A model generated the notes under the pieces. That model made no database searches, was not told where the DNA came from, and was given only the letters and a program-made list of their open reading frames with translations. This document shows positions 38,924 to 47,229 of a stretch of DNA of 64,000 bases, one piece after another. The DNA is from Candidatus Omnitrophota bacterium (lineage in GTDB: Bacteria; Omnitrophota; Gorgyraeia; Gygaellales; Profunditerraquicolaceae), in contig JAPLLW010000008.1 of the NCBI GenBank assembly GCA_026387355.1, forward strand, positions 1,016 through 65,015, written 5' to 3'. The translations under genes were made by a program, and so were the position numbers. Every line of letters starts with the position of its first letter. The stretch's first letter is position 1.

Positions 38924-41900
38924 GTCTCTCTGATATATCTATAAAAAATCCAGTATTCGCCTGGATGCTTATGGCGGCACTTATGATTTTTGGTATCATA
39001 AGTTATAGTCGTCTTGGCGTAAGCCAGCTTCCTGATATAGACTTTCCTGTCGTTTCAGTTAGCCTTACCTGGGAGGGTGCGGCCCCTGAAGTTATGGAAT
39101 CAGATGTTGTGGATATTGTTGAGGATTCCATAATGAGCATACAAGGAGTGCGCGATGTCTCCTCATCTATCCGCCAGGGGTCAGCCAACATAACTATTGA
39201 ATTTGATTTGGGCCGGGATATAGACGTAGCAGTCCAGGATGTGCAGAATAAAATCCAACAGGTTCAAAAACGTCTCCCCAATGATATAGACCCAGCGACA
39301 ATAAGCAAGGTAAATCCCGAAGACCAGCCAATTGTTATGATTACGTTCTCTTCCGCGACCATGCCCTTACGCGATCTAATGACTTATGTTCAGGATCATC
39401 TAAAAGATCAGTTTGCAACCATCAGTGGAGTAGGAGAGATTTATTTGGGAGGTTATGTAGACAGGAATTTAAGAATTTGGGTTGATTCCTCTAAGCTAGA
39501 GGCTTATCAACTTACGGTGCAGGATGTGATTGATGCGGTTGAAAAACAGCATGAAGAGATACCCGCTGGTCGTCTGGAGACAAGTAAAGATGAGCGAAAT
39601 ATCCGCGTTATGGGAGAGGCAGGGACTCCTGAAGAGTTTGGAAATATTATTATACCCAAGCGTAATGGTCTGCCTGTTTTTAGGCCCATTTATATAAAGA
39701 ATGTGGCGACTATAGAAGATGGTTTAGCCGATATAAGAAGGATTGCGCGCACTAATGGTAAACAAACGGTGGCTCTTGGTATCCGTAAACAGCGCGGGGC
39801 AAACGAGGTTGAAGCAGCTCATGGTGTATTAAAAAGATTGGAAGAGGTGAATAAGTCGCTCCCCAAGGAGATCGAAGCAAATGTGCGTTATAACCGGACA
39901 AAATTCAGCGAGGATTCAATCCACGAGTTAGTTTTTACGTTGTTACTGTCAGCCTTGGTTACTTCTCTTGTGTGCTGGGCATTTTTAGGTTCCTGGAGCG
40001 CTACGTTAAATATACTGCTTGCCATTCCTACTTCTATTCTGGGTACTTTTATTATTATTTATTTTATGGGTTTTACATTAAATACCTTTACAGTTTTAGG
40101 ATTATCCTTGGCAATAGGTATAGTTGTAGATGATGCAATTATGGTTTTAGAGAATATTGTGCGTCGCAAAGAAGAAGGAGAGGAACAGATTATCGCTGCC
40201 AGAGAGGGGGCGCGCCAGATCTCTTTTGCTGCAGGAGCTGCAACCGCTGCCCTTATCGCCATATTCTTGCCGGTTGCTTTTATGATTGGAATCATCGGGA
40301 AATTCTTTTATCAATACGGAGTAACTATTTCAGTGGCTGTAGCGCTCTCTTTACTGGAAGCGCTTACGCTTACCCCTATGCGTTGTTCGCAATTTCTGCA
40401 AGTGGGAGAGCGTAGCACTGTATTCGGCCGTTTCATAGAGAAGAGTTTTCGTTGGTCGGCAGAAAAATACAAAAAATTGCTTACCCATGCACTTCATTTT
40501 CGAGTATGGGTTTTAATAATAACTACTCTTTTATTCTTCGGTTCCCTTTATTTAGTTAAGATATTACGTAAAGAATTCCTGCCTTCTCAAGACCAGAGTA
40601 TGTTTATATGCCGTATGCAGACACCGGTTGGTTCATCTATTGATTTTACCGCAGAGCATTTCAAGCTTGCAGAAGATTTTATCTCTAAGCGCCCGGAGGT
40701 TCAAGGTTACACTTCTTTAATCGGAGGTTTTTCTGGAGGAGAGGTCAATTCAGGGATAATTTTTGTTACTTTTAAGGACCCCAAAGAAAGACCGGTTGTG
40801 CCTCCTAATAAACGTCCGCTTTCTCAAAACCAATTAATGATAATTTTTCGTCAAGAGTTGAATAAGATTCCGGATGTTCGGGCGACTATTCAAGATCTTT
40901 CTTTATCCGGTTTTTCAGCGCAACGAGGTTTTCCTATTGAAATTTCCCTAAGAGGTCCTGATTGGGACAAGTTAGCGATTTATTCCGAAAAAATGCGTAA
41001 ACTTATGAGTGAAAGTCCACTTATGGTAGACGTGGATACAGATTATTTGGAGAGGGTTCCCGAGATAGAGATTATTCCTTTTCGTGAAAGGGCTTCCAGC
41101 CGCGGTGTAAGTATTACGACTATTGGTAATGCTATTGATGCCCTTATTGGAGGAAAACGCATTGGGAAATACACCAAAGATGGTCGTCGCTATGACGTTA
41201 GGATTCGTGTTGTGCCTAATCAGCGTAACGATCTTGAGGATATAGAAAATATCTGGGTCTGGAATAATCTGGGAGAATTGGTGCAATTAAAAGAAGTGGT
41301 AACTATAATTCAGAAACCAAAACCCATAACCATAACTCGGCGTAACCGTGAAAGGGCGATATCTCTTTTTTCTAATGTAGCCCAAGGTAAATCCCAGACA
41401 GATGCGCTTAAAGAAGTTGAGCGTATTGCCAAAGAGGTTCTTCCGGAAGGTTACCGTATAGTTCTTACCGGTAGCACGCAGACTTTTAAAGAGTCATTCT
41501 CTAGCCTTATTTTTGCCTTACTCTTGGGAATTCTTATAGCATATATGGTTTTAGCTTCGCAGTTTAATAGTTATATACACCCAATAGTCGTTCTTTTGGC
41601 GCTACCTTTTAGTATCTCCGGGGCCTTAGTTACTTTGTGGATAGGTAATCAATCCTTGAATATCTTTAGTCTTATCGGCTTAATTCTGCTTATGGGTATT
41701 GTCAAAAAGAATTCTATTCTCTTGGTAGATTTTACAAATCAGATGCGTAATGATAACTTAGATTTGCACTCGGCCTTACTCAAAGCCTGCCCCATAAGAC
41801 TAAGGCCCATACTAATGACTTCAATAGCGACTATTGCAGCAGCTATTCCTCCTGCTTTGGCCCTTGGTCCGGGCGCAGAAACGCGCATTCCTATGGCTAT

Positions 41901-42042
41901 TACCATAATTGGAGGAGTAACTCTTTCGACGGTGCTAACACTTTTTGTCGTTCCTTGCGCCTATTCTCTTTTCAGTAAAATTGAGCGTAAGAAATTCGGT
42001 ATTTCCAGAAAAGATTCTAAAAGAGTAGGTGAGTTAAAATGA
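38920..42042 (+). CDS. RND efflux permease (AcrB/HAE1 family)
   Basis: 1040 aa; P..DFPVV, GIVVDDAIMVLENI, GIVKKNSILLVDF, RLRPILMTS. Confidence 0.95.
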   Translation: MSLSDISIKNPVFAWMLMAALMIFGIISYSRLGVSQLPDIDFPVVSVSLTWEGAAPEVMESDVVDIVEDSIMSIQGVRDVSSSIRQGSANITIEFDLGRDIDVAVQDVQNKIQQVQKRLPNDIDPATISKVNPEDQPIVMITFSSATMPLRDLMTYVQDHLKDQFATISGVGEIYLGGYVDRNLRIWVDSSKLEAYQLTVQDVIDAVEKQHEEIPAGRLETSKDERNIRVMGEAGTPEEFGNIIIPKRNGLPVFRPIYIKNVATIEDGLADIRRIARTNGKQTVALGIRKQRGANEVEAAHGVLKRLEEVNKSLPKEIEANVRYNRTKFSEDSIHELVFTLLLSALVTSLVCWAFLGSWSATLNILLAIPTSILGTFIIIYFMGFTLNTFTVLGLSLAIGIVVDDAIMVLENIVRRKEEGEEQIIAAREGARQISFAAGAATAALIAIFLPVAFMIGIIGKFFYQYGVTISVAVALSLLEALTLTPMRCSQFLQVGERSTVFGRFIEKSFRWSAEKYKKLLTHALHFRVWVLIITTLLFFGSLYLVKILRKEFLPSQDQSMFICRMQTPVGSSIDFTAEHFKLAEDFISKRPEVQGYTSLIGGFSGGEVNSGIIFVTFKDPKERPVVPPNKRPLSQNQLMIIFRQELNKIPDVRATIQDLSLSGFSAQRGFPIEISLRGPDWDKLAIYSEKMRKLMSESPLMVDVDTDYLERVPEIEIIPFRERASSRGVSITTIGNAIDALIGGKRIGKYTKDGRRYDVRIRVVPNQRNDLEDIENIWVWNNLGELVQLKEVVTIIQKPKPITITRRNRERAISLFSNVAQGKSQTDALKEVERIAKEVLPEGYRIVLTGSTQTFKESFSSLIFALLLGILIAYMVLASQFNSYIHPIVVLLALPFSISGALVTLWIGNQSLNIFSLIGLILLMGIVKKNSILLVDFTNQMRNDNLDLHSALLKACPIRLRPILMTSIATIAAAIPPALALGPGAETRIPMAITIIGGVTLSTVLTLFVVPCAYSLFSKIERKKFGISRKDSKRVGELK

Positions 42043-42533
42043 AGAGCGTCTTAGTTTATTATTCACATTACGGTAATACTGCGAATGTTGCAAGCGAGGT
42101 ACAAGACTATTTGAGAAAACTGGGAACAGTGGATAAGCTAGAGATAGAATATTTTTCTAAGAATAAGGGGTTGCTTGAGAGGGTATTCTATAGGTTATTA
42201 CCTAACTTAGTTAACATAGCTTCGATAAAAACAGATTTAAAGGAATACGACCTTATATGTTTTGGAATACCGGTTTGGGGCGGCAGACCTTCTGCTCCAA
42301 TAATAAGATACCTGAAGCTTTGCAAAAATATTCAAAATAAGAAGATAATATGTTTTTACATCTTTGGTGTTGATGCGAGCGCTAAGATTTGCGCTGAGTA
42401 CGTCGGTAAGGCTTTAGGCAAAAAAACCCATAGGACAATAGTAAATGTCTTTATCCCGTGGGCAAATGTGCACGATGATAATTTTATAAAGGATTCATTT
42501 AGAGAAGTCTTTAAGGACGAAAAAACTACCTAA
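42039..42533 (+). CDS. flavodoxin-like protein
   Basis: VYYSHYGNT..VA, YDLI.FG.PVWGG. Confidence 0.8.
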   Translation: MKSVLVYYSHYGNTANVASEVQDYLRKLGTVDKLEIEYFSKNKGLLERVFYRLLPNLVNIASIKTDLKEYDLICFGIPVWGGRPSAPIIRYLKLCKNIQNKKIICFYIFGVDASAKICAEYVGKALGKKTHRTIVNVFIPWANVHDDNFIKDSFREVFKDEKTT

Positions 42534-42574
42534 CTATAGGCCTTTCTTATATTTTTAATCCAAAAATAATTTGC

Positions 42575-42634
42575 TTGACAGGTATGAATTTATTTAATAA
42601 AATGGTTTCAGGTTAGATTAGTAAAATTTTACTA
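42575..42634 (+). promoter_or_regulatory. near-consensus sigma70 promoter of the PKS operon with a downstream 16-bp perfect palindrome
   Basis: TTGACA (42575)-17-TAAAAT (42598); TAGTAAAATTTTACTA at 42619-42634; AAGGAG RBS. Confidence 0.7.
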
Positions 42635-42654
42635 TATTTTAAGGAGCGTTTAGA

Positions 42655-42927
42655 ATGGATTGGGATAATCTTGTTAAAGATAAATTTCAGAAAATGATTA
42701 TTAAGATTCCTTTATTTCATCGCCGGATTACCGAAGAAGCGGTAAATAAAAGGGCGCAAGAGAATGCTTTGGCTAGAAAATCGACAAAGATTGAAGAAGT
42801 TGATGTAATTACTGCTTTCTTTTCGGATGTGCCGTCTCCTTTTTATAGTATGATGATTCGATTGCTTGAGCAGGCTGGATTTGATTATAGGAGATATGGT
42901 TTTCCTAAGGGAGAAAAAACAAGATGA
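42655..42927 (+). CDS. small helical protein, DUF2621/PCP_red-like
   Basis: W......F..MI.KIP.F.R...........A pattern; good RBS; family call from memory. Confidence 0.5.
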   Translation: MDWDNLVKDKFQKMIIKIPLFHRRITEEAVNKRAQENALARKSTKIEEVDVITAFFSDVPSPFYSMMIRLLEQAGFDYRRYGFPKGEKTR

Positions 42928-43931
42928 AAATAGCAGTAATAGGCGCAGGGGCAATAGGAAGTCTTGTCGCCGGTTATTTAAAACTAAAAGGCGAAGATGT
43001 CTATTTGGTAGGCCGCCCAGCTACTGTTAAGGCAATAAAGGAGAATGGCTTAAAGATTAGCGGTTGCCGCGGAGAATTTAAGGCGTCGGTGGATATTTAC
43101 GAAATGCTTGTTTCTAGTCCCAAGCTGCTTATTCTGGCAACAAAAACTCAAGATATTAATCAGTTTTTAAGGGATAACTTAAGTTTAATTAAAGATTCAA
43201 TAATCTTAACTACGCAGAATGGGGTCCAGGCGGATAATATCGTTGCTAAGGTTCTTCCTAAAAAGAATATAGTCTCTAGCATAATTATGTTTGGGGCCAC
43301 ATATTTGGATCCGGGTAAGGTTGTGCATAATTTTGAAGGGAGCTGGATTTTAGGTAATATATTTGGCCAGGGGACTAATACAAATACGATTTCCTTAAGT
43401 TTGTCTTTAAATAAATCATTTAACATTATGATAAGCGAAGATATATTAGGGATGAAATATCTAAAAATATTTGTTAATGCAAATAATTGTATCCCCGCCA
43501 TTCTGGGGGTGAGTATGCAGGAGGCTTTTTGCGACCCCGAGGTTAGCCGCATTAGTATTGCTATATGGAAAGAGGGATTTGACATAATTGATAAGCTAGG
43601 GATTAAATTAACTTCTTTGCCGGGTTTTCCGATAGAGAATATAACTAAGCTTATTGCGCTTGCTCCTCAAGAGGCAGCACAAGTTTTTTCAGGGATTATG
43701 ACTAAATTAAGCAAAGATCCTCTTTATGGATCTATATTGCAGAGCATTAAAAGGGGGAGATCTTCTGAGATTGATTATTTAAACGGTGAATTTGTAAGCC
43801 TGGCCAAGCAGAATAAGCTCGAGGCAGACTTAAATAAAAAGATGGTTGAGATGGTACATACAGTTGAACAGAATGGTAAATTCTTCAGCAAAGCTGAATT
43901 ATTAGCCGCGACAAAGGAATTCCTGAACTAA
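42924..43931 (+). CDS. ketopantoate reductase (PanE/ApbA) family protein
   Basis: IGAGAIG, ATK, QNG, K.FVN..N, S.LQS, SEIDYLNG. Confidence 0.85.
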   Translation: MKIAVIGAGAIGSLVAGYLKLKGEDVYLVGRPATVKAIKENGLKISGCRGEFKASVDIYEMLVSSPKLLILATKTQDINQFLRDNLSLIKDSIILTTQNGVQADNIVAKVLPKKNIVSSIIMFGATYLDPGKVVHNFEGSWILGNIFGQGTNTNTISLSLSLNKSFNIMISEDILGMKYLKIFVNANNCIPAILGVSMQEAFCDPEVSRISIAIWKEGFDIIDKLGIKLTSLPGFPIENITKLIALAPQEAAQVFSGIMTKLSKDPLYGSILQSIKRGRSSEIDYLNGEFVSLAKQNKLEADLNKKMVEMVHTVEQNGKFFSKAELLAATKEFLN

Positions 43932-43932
43932 A

Positions 43933-44532
43933 ATGTCTGAAGTGAATACCCCATTTCCAAAATTAAAACTAACTGTAACCGGTGTATTTGGCGTTTGTTA
44001 TCATGGTTACAAAAATGGTGATGAGATTATCTTAGAGGATTTTACTCATGCCCCTAAACATTTTTGTCTAGGATTAGCGCACGCTTTATTTCCGGTAATC
44101 TACGCTTTAAGTTTTGGCGCTAAATTCGGTTTTCGCGATAACCAGCGTTCACTTTTGGTTACCTGTCCTGATGGAGGAAAATTGGAGTTTCAGGCAGAGA
44201 TCCTGGATAAAAACGGTCAGGTAGAAACTCTAGCCCGCGATCCTAATCATAAGGGCCCTAACCCTAAGAAGATGGTCATTGAGGTAGTGCAGGCAAAGGG
44301 GAAATGTAGTTTTGGCTATAAAGTCGGAGACAAATGGGAGACTACGGGATTAAAATGTATCCCCGGTTTCTGCGGAGCGGCATTTCATACTGCCTTTCCG
44401 GCCTTGTTTGCTTTAAACTTTGGAGCAAAGTTTTTCTTTATGCAAGATCCAAATTCAATCGATACAGTTACCTGTCCCGATGGAGGAAATATAATTTTTA
44501 AAGTAACGCGAGTAGAAGAGGAGAGAAAATAA
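43933..44532 (+). CDS. tandem TIGR04076-like Cys-motif protein
   Basis: two internal repeats V....G.C..GYK.GD......FC..A.H..FP...AL.FGAKF.....VTCPDGG. Confidence 0.7.
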   Translation: MSEVNTPFPKLKLTVTGVFGVCYHGYKNGDEIILEDFTHAPKHFCLGLAHALFPVIYALSFGAKFGFRDNQRSLLVTCPDGGKLEFQAEILDKNGQVETLARDPNHKGPNPKKMVIEVVQAKGKCSFGYKVGDKWETTGLKCIPGFCGAAFHTAFPALFALNFGAKFFFMQDPNSIDTVTCPDGGNIIFKVTRVEEERK

Positions 44533-44535
44533 TTG

Positions 44536-45798
44536 ATGAACAAGCGTAGAGTTGTTATTACAGGTATCGGAGTAGTTTCTCCGAATGGCATTGGTAAGGA
44601 GAATTGTTTTAAGGGGATGATTTCTGGAAAGTCTGGGATTAAGCGTGTTGACGGATTTGATGTGGCAATCTTTAATACTAAAATTGCTGCTGAGGTGCGT
44701 GATTTCGATCCTTTTAAATTAGGGCTTAACCATGATGAAGCTATGCGTATGGATAGATATGTTCAGTTTGGCGTGGTCGCAGGAAACATGGCGATTAAAG
44801 ATAGTGGATTAGACCTTTCTAAAGAGGATCCAGAGCGTATCGGAGTATGTCTTGCCAATGCTATTTGCGGGACAAAATACATGGAAGAGGAGTTTGCCCT
44901 AGTTACTGATGATGGGAAGAAACCTATTGATCCAGCTTTAGTGCGGCCGGACCTATATGATGCTGCCATGTTTAATACTCCCTCAATTGAATTAAGCGCT
45001 AAGTATGGTTTCAAAGGCAATTGCAATACGCTTTCAACGGGTTGTACCGCCGGGACAGATTCACTTGGGTTTGGTTTAGAGACAATTCAGGATGGGGAGC
45101 AGGATATAATGATTTGTGGCGCAGCCGAAGCGCCGATTACGCCGATCACCTTTGGCGCGTTTGATGTGGTAAATGTCTTATCAGTAAGAAATGATGAGCC
45201 TGAAAAGGCCTCGCGGCCTTTTGATAATAAACGCGACGGATTTGTTTTATCGGAAGGGGCCGGGATTTTAGTTTTGGAAGAATTAAACCATGCGTTAAAA
45301 CGAAATGCCAGGATTTATTGCGAGGTTTTAGGATTTGGCACTAGCTGCAACGCCTTTCATATGACTGATCTTCCTTCAGATGGAGGGGCAATGGTTAGTT
45401 GTATTTCTCTAGCTTTAAAAGACTCAGGCGTAAGGCCTGAGGAAGTAGATTACATCAGCGCTCATGGATCATCTACGCGCATGAATGATATCTTTGAGAC
45501 AAGCGCTTATAAGACTATATTCGGAGAGTATGCATATAAATTACCGATAAGCTCCTTAAAGTCTATGATTGGCCACCCCTTAGCTGCGGCTAATGCAATA
45601 GAGATGACAGTCTGCTCTATGATTTTTGAAAGGAATATCTTGCCTCCTACCATTAATCAAGAAGAAAAAGATCCTCTTTGCGATTTGCATTATATACCGA
45701 ATAAGGCAATTGATAAAAAGGTAGATATGATTTTGAAAACAAGTAGTGGATTTTCAGGAATTCACTCTTCATTAGTCTTGAGGAGATATAATGGATAA
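44536..45798 (+). CDS. type II PKS ketosynthase alpha
   Basis: STGCTAG.D (KS-alpha STGCTSGLD), GAAEAPITPIT, ASRPFD..RDGFVL.EG, AFHMT, AHGS.T, KSMIGH; Cys-His-His triad intact. Confidence 0.9.
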   Translation: MNKRRVVITGIGVVSPNGIGKENCFKGMISGKSGIKRVDGFDVAIFNTKIAAEVRDFDPFKLGLNHDEAMRMDRYVQFGVVAGNMAIKDSGLDLSKEDPERIGVCLANAICGTKYMEEEFALVTDDGKKPIDPALVRPDLYDAAMFNTPSIELSAKYGFKGNCNTLSTGCTAGTDSLGFGLETIQDGEQDIMICGAAEAPITPITFGAFDVVNVLSVRNDEPEKASRPFDNKRDGFVLSEGAGILVLEELNHALKRNARIYCEVLGFGTSCNAFHMTDLPSDGGAMVSCISLALKDSGVRPEEVDYISAHGSSTRMNDIFETSAYKTIFGEYAYKLPISSLKSMIGHPLAAANAIEMTVCSMIFERNILPPTINQEEKDPLCDLHYIPNKAIDKKVDMILKTSSGFSGIHSSLVLRRYNG

Positions 45799-47032
45799 GA
45801 TAGCTGTAACTGGTATAGGGGTAGTTTCACCGTCCGGGATAGGTAAGCGCCAGCTTTGGGCAAATATCAAAAGCGGCCGTTCATTTATTAAAGAGATCAC
45901 TCGTTTCGATGCCTCTAAATACCCATCGCGCATTGCCGGGCAAATCGATGATTTGGAGAAATATAGCACTATCTCTGAGCGCTTGCTTAAGAAAATCGAC
46001 GCTTTCTCGCATATGGCCTTAATTGCTTCAGAGCTAGCTTTGCAGGATGCTGGAATAGATATTAAAAATGAAGATCCGAGTTTAGTAGGTATATTTCTGG
46101 GAAATGCTATCGGCGGATGGCTTTATGCCGAGACAGAACTGCGCGATATGTATATCGAAGGACGCGAAGGAGTTTCTCCTTATATGGCCTCAGCTTGGTT
46201 TCCGGCTGCGCCACAAGGCCAGGTCTCTATTTATTATGGTATAAAAGGATTCAGTAAGACAGTTGTCGCAGACAGGGCTAGTTCTTTAATGGCGCTAGGT
46301 TATGCCAGAAAAGTTTTAGCTAAAAATAAATTAAATATGATTTTAGGTGGAGGGATGGAAGCCCCAGTTACACCCTATGCGCTTTTATGCTGCAATACTT
46401 ACGGCGCATTATCAAAAGACAATTCTCATCCGCAAGAGGCATACCGGCCGCATGATAAAAAGAGGAATGGTTTTGTAATCGGCGAGGGTTCAGGTATTGT
46501 AGTTATGGAGAGTATTGAACGTGCAAAAAAGCGTCAGGCAAATATTTTAGCTTTAATCTCCGGATATGGCACAACCTGCGATGGGGTAGACCGGATTAAT
46601 TCTGCTAAAGACGGAAAAGAGCTTGCCCGGGCAATAAATATTGCACTTGTTGATGCAAAGGCAAATATCAATGAAATCAATTATATCAGTTTAGATGGAT
46701 TAGCAGTAGATATTTGGGATAATTCTGAAGTGTTGGCTTTAAAAGAAGTCTTTGGTAGCCGCATAAAAGAGATCCCGGTAAGCTGTCCTAAGTCCATGTT
46801 TGGTAATCTGCTCGGTGCTTCCGGGGCATTGGATATGATTATTGCTATACAGGCAATGGAGCACGCTTTAGTTCCTCCGACATTAAATTTAGATGAGCCG
46901 GCATCAAACGGGCTTAATTATATAGGTAAGCAGGCAAAAGAACATACAATCAGAAAAGCTCTGATTATATCACGCGGCAGAGGAGGGATTAATTCTGCGC
47001 TGGTAGTTGAGAAAGGGAGTAACAATGCTTAA
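45791..47032 (+). CDS. type II PKS chain length factor (KS beta)
   Basis: VSPY..SAWF.A...GQ.SI..G..G (CLF signature); no catalytic Cys (VVADRASS) and no catalytic His residues (LDG, FGN). Confidence 0.88.
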   Translation: MDKIAVTGIGVVSPSGIGKRQLWANIKSGRSFIKEITRFDASKYPSRIAGQIDDLEKYSTISERLLKKIDAFSHMALIASELALQDAGIDIKNEDPSLVGIFLGNAIGGWLYAETELRDMYIEGREGVSPYMASAWFPAAPQGQVSIYYGIKGFSKTVVADRASSLMALGYARKVLAKNKLNMILGGGMEAPVTPYALLCCNTYGALSKDNSHPQEAYRPHDKKRNGFVIGEGSGIVVMESIERAKKRQANILALISGYGTTCDGVDRINSAKDGKELARAINIALVDAKANINEINYISLDGLAVDIWDNSEVLALKEVFGSRIKEIPVSCPKSMFGNLLGASGALDMIIAIQAMEHALVPPTLNLDEPASNGLNYIGKQAKEHTIRKALIISRGRGGINSALVVEKGSNNA

Positions 47033-47219
47033 GAAAATAGTATGTGCAGCTTCGTTTGTAGTTTTCGTATTGTGCGTTTATTCTTTTTTGGGTGGTAACA
47101 AAGTATTTGAAGGTAAATTTGAGAACGATTATGTTGCTTGGTATTTTCTGGCCAAAGGAATCTTTTGTTCTTTAGCGCTTTATTTATTAGTTTTAATTCT
47201 AGAGAAATTAAAAAAATAA
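47025..47219 (+). CDS. small two-TM membrane protein
   Basis: GGGAG RBS before ATG 47025; two hydrophobic helices. Confidence 0.65.
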   Translation: MLKKIVCAASFVVFVLCVYSFLGGNKVFEGKFENDYVAWYFLAKGIFCSLALYLLVLILEKLKK

Positions 47220-47229
47220 GGGAGGGGTA

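Noticed and set aside
44536-47032. two ordinary fabF fatty-acid synthase genes, or an aryl-polyene/ladderane cluster
   Set aside because: the second KS lacks the catalytic Cys and His residues and has CLF motifs; TcmN-type and HxGTHxD cyclases are present; no FabZ/FabA dehydratase is seen
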